Shown: piece after piece, positions 57,537 to 64,000 of the stretch
Numbering within the stretch: position 1 is the stretch's first letter
How the letters are laid out: the number at the start of each line of letters is the position of its first letter
Virus record (IMG/VR): IMGVR_UViG_3300033148_005363
Location: 22,605 to 86,604 of that record
Length of the DNA stretch: 64,000 nucleotides
Direction: 5' to 3' (one strand)
Origin: a virus
Notes under the pieces: model-generated
The model's database searches: none
What the model was told of the DNA's origin: nothing
The model's input: only the letters and a program-made list of their open reading frames with translations
Translations under genes and position numbers: made by a program

Positions 57537-58550
57537 TTATTCATCAGGGCCTCCTTCCGCCTTGCGCTTGGGGCAGAAGTCAGGCGGAGGGCCAATGTCA
57601 ACGGCGGCCGTATAAAGAAATGCCCCTTTGCTTCCCCTTGCCGCAGCACAAACAGGGGTACCCAGGACGGCGCTGATCATGAATTCCCCGCACAGCCCGC
57701 ACCGCTCAGGCACGGGCTCAGGCGCTTCGGCGGGGGTGGGTACCGGGGGCGGGGCCTGCGAACACCCGTCAGCGTGCGTCGGGGCGTCGGTCCCGCCTAT
57801 GTAGCCCATGCCGCATTCGTCACAGCAGACGCCGTCGCAAACAGCGGGGTCGGGTGCGGTGGGGGTGGGTGCCGGGGGCGGGGTCAAGACGCGGGACATA
57901 AAGTCTTTCTCGATTGCCACAATGGACATCGTCGCTTCTTCTTCCGGTACACCGAGACTGATGACTTCTGCGATGTGATGGCACGCCAGATCCAACGCCC
58001 GCCGAAGCCGCACCACAACTCTCTGCGCGGTCAGGGCCTCGGCCTCTGCGTCGCGCGTGATGTCGGTTTGCTTTGCCAGGAGACCCCGCAGGTCCTTGAC
58101 TTCCCAGAACGAGGCCCTGTCCTCTCTTCGCAGGCGTTGGTTTTGGCGGGACAAGAGGTGGTACATGCGCGCCACCTCTTCCGCTGTCTGCACGATTTGT
58201 GAACCGTCCGGCGCGTCATCGATCCCGCAGGTGCCTCGCATGTGGCACGATGCCTGCCTGATCTTCACCAGGAGCGACGAGGCCCGGCTCCGCTCCTTCG
58301 CCAGCAGCGCCTCTAGCACCTCGACCTCCTCGTGGGCAGCGTACCCAGCCACGACGGCATCGTCTGAGCGCTTTTCGAGGTAGGCGTTGACGCGCTTTTC
58401 GTCCTCGAGGTCGGCCTTGAGGCGGTCGATTTCGTCGCGCAACACACCATGAGCCGCCTGTAGCTCGTCCGGCCCCTCCGTAGTCCTACCGACCCGCCGC
58501 GTCCGACTCAGCACCACGCCCAGGGCCTCTTCGACGGTCATGCGCTTCAT
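57537..58550 (-). CDS. coiled-coil protein with Cys-rich C-terminus
   Basis: SD GGAGG; ATGA coupling; heptad repeats. Confidence 0.6.
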   Translation of the reverse strand: MKRMTVEEALGVVLSRTRRVGRTTEGPDELQAAHGVLRDEIDRLKADLEDEKRVNAYLEKRSDDAVVAGYAAHEEVEVLEALLAKERSRASSLLVKIRQASCHMRGTCGIDDAPDGSQIVQTAEEVARMYHLLSRQNQRLRREDRASFWEVKDLRGLLAKQTDITRDAEAEALTAQRVVVRLRRALDLACHHIAEVISLGVPEEEATMSIVAIEKDFMSRVLTPPPAPTPTAPDPAVCDGVCCDECGMGYIGGTDAPTHADGCSQAPPPVPTPAEAPEPVPERCGLCGEFMISAVLGTPVCAAARGSKGAFLYTAAVDIGPPPDFCPKRKAEGGPDE

Positions 58551-58798
58551 GGTGCCTCCGGGGGGTCGGGCATCGGGAGCCAGTGGGTCGGGTCCACCCG
58601 AAACCCAGCCCTCCACCACGTCCTGCTTGCGGCATTCCACGTCACTAGCCGCCAGCCGACCCCCCGTAACCAGCCCAAGAAATCTCCGCTTATCTTCGGC
58701 GGTGCGGTCAGAGCCTTGGGGCGGGCGATCCCGTCGCGCCTGTCCTTGCCGGCGTGACGGTCCCACGCCCGCAGATTGCATTCAAAATTGCTTCCCAT
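58547..58798 (-). CDS. DUF551-like protein
   Basis: PTHWLPMPDPP C-terminus. Confidence 0.65.
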   Translation of the reverse strand: MGSNFECNLRAWDRHAGKDRRDGIARPKALTAPPKISGDFLGWLRGVGWRLVTWNAASRTWWRAGFRVDPTHWLPMPDPPEAP

Positions 58799-58868
58799 CG
58801 TCCACCTCCAGTCAGAGCCCCGGCAGGGTCCGATCCCTGCTTACGCCTTGCGGCCGGGGCGGTTGTGG

Positions 58869-59135
58869 CTACGTCGCCAGCGATACGATGCCAACAACAA
58901 GCCCCCCGATCCCAGCGAGCCCGGTCAGAACTCCCGCGAATACCGACTTCGTACCCGCCGCTACCAGCACGCCGACGGCAATCGAAATACCGATGCCTGC
59001 GGAGACCCACAAAGGAGCCGAGACCCACCACCACGACCAGTCGATCGTGTCTGTCAGTTTGAGGACCATGAAGACAATGAAAAGCACCATGGGAACTCCG
59101 ATACCGTTGCTGGAACTGCTGTTGCTTGATGACAT
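58869..59135 (-). CDS. small phage membrane protein
   Basis: SSSGIG..LFIVFMVLKLT..IDWSWWWVSAPLW, a common phage motif. Confidence 0.8.
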   Translation of the reverse strand: MSSSNSSSSNGIGVPMVLFIVFMVLKLTDTIDWSWWWVSAPLWVSAGIGISIAVGVLVAAGTKSVFAGVLTGLAGIGGLVVGIVSLAT

Positions 59136-59195
59136 CCTGTCCCTCCAATCGCGGACCATCCGCGTAAGCGCCCCTGCCGGGGCAGATGTGTCGCC

Positions 59196-59726
59196 TCATG
59201 GCGTTTTCAGCCATCCCCAAATGCTGCCATTCCTGATGAGATAGAACGTCGAATGGTGCATGTTGAAGTCTCTGGATATCGCCAGCGGAGACTCTCCGTT
59301 AGCGATTCGCTTTTTTATGTCAACCACTTGTTCCGTGGATAGTTTGGATATATTTCCTGCTACGTTGCCGGACATGCGAGCGTGTGTGTGCCTGTCCTTC
59401 AGGTTCTCCGACCGAGTACACCATTTCAGATTTTGCAGCCTGTTGTCGGCACGGACACCGTTTCTGTGTCCGCATTCATGCTTGGCGGTAGGCGGAACCC
59501 CCACGAAAGACAGCAGTACCATTCGGTGAACACGGCTTCTTTTGCTGTTGGTTTTGGCCACATAGAGATCGACGTAACAATACCCCTTCATGTCCACTCG
59601 TAACTTCAGCAGTCTTGCAGGCCTACGCAGCAGGGACCGAACACGCCCGGCAGACGACACCTCGTATCGGTCTTCGCCGCCAACAACCGGACGCCACTCT
59701 TCTTGTTCGGTGAATAGGTCTTTCAT
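59196..59726 (-). CDS. NUMOD4-HNH homing endonuclease
   Basis: EEWRPV..YEVSSAGRVRS, VHRMV, HRNGVRADNRLQNLKWCT.SEN; lower GC than the surroundings. Confidence 0.9.
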   Translation of the reverse strand: MKDLFTEQEEWRPVVGGEDRYEVSSAGRVRSLLRRPARLLKLRVDMKGYCYVDLYVAKTNSKRSRVHRMVLLSFVGVPPTAKHECGHRNGVRADNRLQNLKWCTRSENLKDRHTHARMSGNVAGNISKLSTEQVVDIKKRIANGESPLAISRDFNMHHSTFYLIRNGSIWGWLKTP

Positions 59727-59920
59727 GGAGCACCTCTTGGTAACGGAAGGTCCGAGAGGGGGACTACCAAGTACCCCCGACCCGGAACCTTCCAGGTAGT
59801 TGCGATAGCAAGTCGCAACACCCATGCTGGCAGACTCTGTCCTCAAAGTCAAGTCCTCCAATCAGTCTCGCCAGGTCCGGGACTCGAACCCGGCTTGCCC
59901 ACCTGGGCGCGGCTGCCTCG

Positions 59921-60595
59921 CTACACCTTCCTCATCCTCTCCCCTGCCAACTCCACCGCGTCCCCCTTCACGTCTACCCCATGAAACCGCCGTCCCTGCC
60001 TTACCACGGCCTCCCCGAACGCGCCCGACCCCATGAAGGGATCCAGGATCAACTCGCCATCCTGCGTACTCTGACGCACCAGGAGCTCGCCGAAAGCGAC
60101 GGGCTTCTCCGTGGGGTAGCCGCCGCGTACGCGCTTGAACGCCTGGACGTTGGGTTCACCGAGGTCTGCCAGTTTGCGCTTTCCCTTCTCAAGGAACATC
60201 ACCAGCTCGTACCGGGACCGGTAGTGGTACCCCATGCCCATGGCGACCTTGTCCCACACGATCGGAGTCCAGACCTTGAACCCCACCGCCGAAGCTGTGC
60301 CCGCTACGCACCGCCAGGCCGTCTCCCAATCGCAAAAGACGTAGCAGTGCCGGTCAGGCTTGAGGATCCGGTAGAGGCCAGCGATCACCGCGGCGAGAGC
60401 CTCGTTGGAGATCACCGGGAACCAGTCGGCAGTCAACCGCGTGGTGGTGCCAACGCGCCGGTGCTTCTCCAGACTCTCATACGGGGGATCGGTCAGGATC
60501 AGATCGTAGTGCTCGTCGGGTGCCCACTGCAACCAGTCGAAAACATCCTGGCAGTAGAGCCGGAATCCGTCACCGGTTGCAGTGGGAATGTTCAT
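59921..60595 (-). CDS. N4/N6 DNA methyltransferase (beta class)
   Basis: LTDPPY, YPTEKP, ILDPFMGSG motifs. Confidence 0.9.
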   Translation of the reverse strand: MNIPTATGDGFRLYCQDVFDWLQWAPDEHYDLILTDPPYESLEKHRRVGTTTRLTADWFPVISNEALAAVIAGLYRILKPDRHCYVFCDWETAWRCVAGTASAVGFKVWTPIVWDKVAMGMGYHYRSRYELVMFLEKGKRKLADLGEPNVQAFKRVRGGYPTEKPVAFGELLVRQSTQDGELILDPFMGSGAFGEAVVRQGRRFHGVDVKGDAVELAGERMRKV

Positions 60596-60599
60596 CGGT

Positions 60600-61154
60600 C
60601 TAAGTGCAAGGACTGAAAGGGAAATCATCGTCGTCGGCGCTGCTCGGACGCGTCACCGGCTCGTTCCCCCCGCCCTCGTTCCCCTGGCCAGCGGGTGGCT
60701 GCTGGGGCTGCTGGGGTTGCCGCTGCTGGGGCTCGTTGCGGCCATCGTCGCGTCCCCCTCCCTGATCCCCGCGTCCACCGCCGCCGCCGCCGTAGTTGCG
60801 ATCCCCGCCGCCGCCGCCGCCGCCAGCCGCACCCAAGAACTGGACGGTGAAGGCCACGATCTCCGTGGTGTACCGATCCATCCCGTCCTTGTCCTGCCAC
60901 TTCCGGGTCTGGAGCCGCCCTTCCAGGTAGACCGAGCTGCCCTTGCGGAGATACTCGCTACAGCGCTCCGCGAGTTTGGTCCACACCGTGATTCTGTGCC
61001 ACTCGACGCGGTCCTTCCAGCCGTCTCCGTCCTTCTCGCTGTCGTTGGTGGCGAGACTGAAGTTGGCCACCGCGGTTCCCGATTGGGTGTACCGCAGTTC
61101 GGGGTCACTGCCGAGGTTCCCCAACAGGATGACCTTGTTCACTGATCCGCTCAT
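60600..61154 (-). CDS. ssb: single-stranded DNA-binding protein
   Basis: [20 protein letters not shown]...EWHRI...EGRLQTRKW; Gly-rich linker; DDDDFPF tail. Confidence 0.97.
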   Translation of the reverse strand: MSGSVNKVILLGNLGSDPELRYTQSGTAVANFSLATNDSEKDGDGWKDRVEWHRITVWTKLAERCSEYLRKGSSVYLEGRLQTRKWQDKDGMDRYTTEIVAFTVQFLGAAGGGGGGGDRNYGGGGGGRGDQGGGRDDGRNEPQQRQPQQPQQPPAGQGNEGGGNEPVTRPSSADDDDFPFSPCT

Positions 61155-61227
61155 GTTCTCCTCCGATGTAGTGGTGTGTTTTCCATGGCCCTGGGTCCTC
61201 CGGTTTCTCCGCCGCTCAACCTGGGAT

Positions 61228-61259
61228 CACTTATACGATGCGTCGATAAACGAGTCAAG
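61228..61259 (-). promoter_or_regulatory. ssb promoter TTGACT...TATAAG with an operator-like site in the spacer
   Basis: TATACG-ATG-CGTCGA at 61232-61246 overlaps the -10 and spacer. Confidence 0.6.
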
Positions 61260-61386
61260 GGAAAAATCGTTGGGCAGATACACCGCTGCCCTGGGGTTGA
61301 ATCCGGGGCAGTGGCGAGGTTGAACGAAGATGACCCGAGGAGGCCACTCCGAGACTCCCTGACCGTAGTCGAGGTCTGGGAGGTTG

Positions 61387-62124
61387 TCAAGATCGATCTC
61401 CCTGCCTCGCGACGATCCCCCGCACGGTCTCAGGGTGCCAGCGTACGCCGGTCTTCGTGGGGACCGCGTCCTCGTCGAGTTGACGAGCGACCTTTGCCAG
61501 CGAAACCCCCTCCCTGCGCAGCCTGACCATCCGGTTGATCACCGCCTGCTCCGCGGCATTCTCGACCAACCCGATCACCCCGTCAGCAGCGGGTACAGCG
61601 TCGAACCCGTAGGGCACCGTCCCGCCCGTTTTCTCCCCGCGCTGGCGCTTCTCCGCAAGTGCCGCGGTGGTGCGCTCCCGCCCGAGGTTCCTCTCCATCT
61701 CAGCGACCCCCGCAAGGACCGTGAGCATGAATTTTCCCATTGCTGAGCTGGTGTCCATCGCTGACCCGCCCTGGTCAACGAGGTGGAGGGCCACGCCGCG
61801 CCGGTCCCAGTCCTCGACGACCTGGAGGGCGTCCCCGGCGTTGCGGAAGAGCCGGTCCAGTTTGAGTGCGATGACGTTGCCGCCCTTGCCGCTGGTCCCC
61901 GGTCCCTGGATCGAGTAGAGCAGATCAGCGCCCCCCGGGCGATCTCCCAGGGCCTTCCCCGCGCTCACGCCCTCGTCGCGGATCAGATCCACAAGATCGA
62001 AGCCCTTCATCTCGCAGTAGAGCCGGATCGCCCGCTCCTGCGCGTCGAGGCCCAGCCCCGACTCCGCCTGCTCTTGGGTCGATACGCGGACGTAGCCGAT
62101 GGCGCGCTGGGTTGCTTCAATCAT
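61387..62124 (-). CDS. serine recombinase (resolvase domain plus short recombinase DNA-binding domain)
   Basis: IGYVRVSTQEQ, DEGVS..RPG, KLDRLFR, AEMER..ERT, VPYGF, WHPETV. Confidence 0.92.
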   Translation of the reverse strand: MIEATQRAIGYVRVSTQEQAESGLGLDAQERAIRLYCEMKGFDLVDLIRDEGVSAGKALGDRPGGADLLYSIQGPGTSGKGGNVIALKLDRLFRNAGDALQVVEDWDRRGVALHLVDQGGSAMDTSSAMGKFMLTVLAGVAEMERNLGRERTTAALAEKRQRGEKTGGTVPYGFDAVPAADGVIGLVENAAEQAVINRMVRLRREGVSLAKVARQLDEDAVPTKTGVRWHPETVRGIVARQGDRS

Positions 62125-62127
62125 GGG

Positions 62128-62355
62128 TCAGCCCTCCCACCCGTTCACCGACTCCCACTGACCGCCCCAGTAGTTGGCCTTCTTCGCTACTGGCTCGATC
62201 TCGCCGTCGTCGTGCTTGATGCCGACCATGAGCGTCGAATCCCTGTAGCCAGCGCCGCACTCGCGGGTCGCCGCCCGCTTGGCCGCGGCGAGCGTCTTGG
62301 CGTCGGTGGTTTCCCAGGCCCTCTGTGTGGAGTTGCTGATCATGTACTGGCTCAT
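62128..62355 (-). CDS. small protein, AcrIF9-like candidate (paralog of 49208-49438)
   Basis: AKTLAAAKRAATRE...TLMVG...GEIEPVAKK...QWES. Confidence 0.55.
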   Translation of the reverse strand: MSQYMISNSTQRAWETTDAKTLAAAKRAATRECGAGYRDSTLMVGIKHDDGEIEPVAKKANYWGGQWESVNGWEG

Positions 62356-62365
62356 CTAGTCCCCC

Positions 62366-62785
62366 TCAGTCAATCGTCATGTAGGCGTGCAATTTCTCCT
62401 GCTCACGCTCAAACCTGTCCATCTCGTCAGCGTGCAGACGGGTTGCCTCGTCCTGCACCGCCTGCGCCTGCATCTCGGGGGTCTCGTTGGCGGCGATGAC
62501 CATCGCCTGCACCTGAGCGTAGCGGTCAGCGTCGAGGCCAACGCGCCCGATGTGGCCAGCCACGCCCTCGGGGAGGCGGCGCATCGTGTACTTGCGGGAG
62601 AGAAGGCCGCCCTGCTCGGCTACCGTCGAGCCGCCCACGTAGGCCCGGCACTCTACCGAGTGCTTGCCGTTGCCCTTGGTCTGGCCCCATCCGATGCTGG
62701 TGGTACCCTCGGTGACACTGACGACGACCTTGACATCGTGCCCGGTTGCCGTCGTCCACTCCATGCTGTCCGTGTAAATCATCAT
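62366..62785 (-). CDS. hypothetical early protein (first gene after promoter repeat copy 3)
   Basis: SD GGAGG; in-frame leaderless ATG upstream. Confidence 0.65.
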   Translation of the reverse strand: MMIYTDSMEWTTATGHDVKVVVSVTEGTTSIGWGQTKGNGKHSVECRAYVGGSTVAEQGGLLSRKYTMRRLPEGVAGHIGRVGLDADRYAQVQAMVIAANETPEMQAQAVQDEATRLHADEMDRFEREQEKLHAYMTID

Positions 62786-62828
62786 GTCAGCCTCCCGGGC
62801 TGCGTTGGTCTGGTTTGTGGTTGCGTCC

Positions 62829-62898
62829 TTCATGCCCACATCATACCGCGCCAGGGACGGGTGTCAATAGTTATTTTCGACGAATCGTCGATTTATTT
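62829..62898 (-). promoter_or_regulatory. diverged promoter/operator repeat, copy 3
   Basis: AATAAATCGACGATTCGTCGAAAATAACTATTGACA-16-TATGAT-GTGGGC-ATGAAG. Confidence 0.85.
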
Positions 62899-62952
62899 TG
62901 AGCGGTCCCCCCGCCGCTTGCGCCTCCCGCCCACCCCTGATATCCTCTCCCC

Positions 62953-63297
62953 ATGATCAGGAGCCAACGCAAGGACCTCGTGAAGCGCATCGAAGAAACC
63001 CCGGGGGCCGATGACCTCGTGCGGGACCTCTTCGCCGCCTTCGACCGCTTCCAGCGCGGCCCCGCCTTCACCAGCCTCTCCCGCTGCACTCCCATCGGGC
63101 TCCGGCAGATGGCTAACCGCGTGAGGCTCGGGGTTGACATCCTTCAGCACGTGACCCTCTGCGCTACCCGCCGCCGCCTGATCTCCCTCGAATACCTGAT
63201 TCCCATTCGCGCCCACGCGAAGCGCGAGCCCATAGGCGATCTCGCTGACCAGGTAGAAACCGATATCTTCCGCACCACGATCCCGGAGGGACCATGA
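62953..63297 (+). CDS. hypothetical protein
   Basis: Divergent from copy 3; ATGA coupling to the next gene. Confidence 0.55.
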   Translation: MIRSQRKDLVKRIEETPGADDLVRDLFAAFDRFQRGPAFTSLSRCTPIGLRQMANRVRLGVDILQHVTLCATRRRLISLEYLIPIRAHAKREPIGDLADQVETDIFRTTIPEGP

Positions 63298-63569
63298 ACA
63301 GCGTACTGATCCATCTGGAAGACAACGTGGAACCCGGCGAATTCAAGGAGATCGCAGACCAGATCGCAGGCTTCATGTCACAGGGCCACCACGTGCTCGT
63401 TGCCCACGCGCCGGAGGACATCCCCGAACCCATCGTCCGCGCAGCCATGAACGAACTCGCCCGCGCAGTACGCCGCGGCCGGCCCGTGGTAGTCGCCGAG
63501 GTTCCCGGGGGGATGGAGATCGAGGTTGCCCGCGCACGCGTCAGCGCGACCCTCACAGCCCGGAGGTAG
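63294..63569 (+). CDS. hypothetical protein
   Basis: SD GGAGG. Confidence 0.55.
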   Translation: MNSVLIHLEDNVEPGEFKEIADQIAGFMSQGHHVLVAHAPEDIPEPIVRAAMNELARAVRRGRPVVVAEVPGGMEIEVARARVSATLTARR

Positions 63570-63572
63570 GCC

Positions 63573-64000
63573 ATGGCGTTCATTTGCATCGAGATCCGCA
63601 GTATCGATCTCTCGGACCTCACGATCCCGCTACCCGGGGGGATCGAGGTAGGCCCCGTGATAGGGAACCGCACGGCAAGCGTCACCGAACTCATCATGTC
63701 CACGATCTCGCAGGCCAGCCCCGCCCTGGCCGCGTTCGTGCCGTTCATGAAGATGCTCGCCACGATGGAGGCCGCCGCCGCGGTCCTGACGGTCATCCCA
63801 AAGGCAATCATCACCCTGAGCCCTAGCAAAGTCGTCGCCGCGCTGGTAGAAATGACAAAGGCGCTGGCTGAACTCCTCAAGCTCCTCCCCCCCCTGGTGC
63901 TCCCCCTGTCGATCATGCGGTTCATCGCCCTCGTGATCATGCTCCTCCAAGAGCTAATCGACAATCTCCACTCACTTGACCAGGCGATCACTGACGCAGA
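63573..64000 (+). CDS. hydrophobic helical protein running off the window edge
   Basis: SD GGAGG; MAFICIEIRSIDLSDLTIPLPGGIEV...LLKLLPPLVLPLSIMRFIALVI; open to the end of the window. Confidence 0.7.
   Translation, partial: MAFICIEIRSIDLSDLTIPLPGGIEVGPVIGNRTASVTELIMSTISQASPALAAFVPFMKMLATMEAAAAVLTVIPKAIITLSPSKVVAALVEMTKALAELLKLLPPLVLPLSIMRFIALVIMLLQELIDNLHSLDQAITDA

Noticed and set aside
61283-61315. tRNA fragment or att site after the recombinase
   Set aside because: It is only a GC-rich hairpin with a GGTTGAAT loop. It has no canonical T-loop and no second copy in the window.
1-64000. CRISPR array or mini-array
   Set aside because: No regularly spaced 25-40 bp repeats with unique spacers were seen. 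The repeats found are promoter cassettes kilobases apart.
1-64000. Alternative genetic code or stop-codon reassignment
   Set aside because: Conserved genes are full length in code 11 and none of the tRNAs is a suppressor.

Overview
This window is about 64 kb of a high-GC tailed phage or prophage with a contractile (myovirus-type) tail. Almost all genes lie on the minus strand. About 1.4-37.8 kb is a morphogenesis module: lysis-type membrane proteins, tail fibre, baseplate, tape measure, frameshifted tail chaperone, tube, sheath, neck, head fibre, major capsid, scaffold, MuF, an intein-containing large terminase and portal. It includes an unusual polyprotein joining a Dam-type methyltransferase, a DUF6582-like domain, a Zn ribbon and an XkdF-type prohead protease. 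About 38.4-41.4 kb holds three tRNAs (Pro-CGG, Trp-CCA, Thr-CGT), a candidate small terminase and a repeat-rich non-coding stretch. About 41.4-64 kb is an early/accessory region with many small ORFs, DNA-modification genes (Mom-like, TGT/DpdA-like, N4/N6 MTase, DUF5131 radical SAM), a DEDDh exonuclease, a NUMOD4-HNH nuclease, SSB and a serine recombinase. The most notable structure is a family of repeated sigma70-type promoter cassettes. They share a TCGACG-N3-CGTCGA palindrome and have an in-frame leaderless ATG. Two of them drive paralogous small proteins that resemble the anti-CRISPR AcrIF9. Family assignments come from motif recognition by eye; no searches were run. The host is unknown; a Myxococcota/deltaproteobacterial host is only a guess from the gene set.
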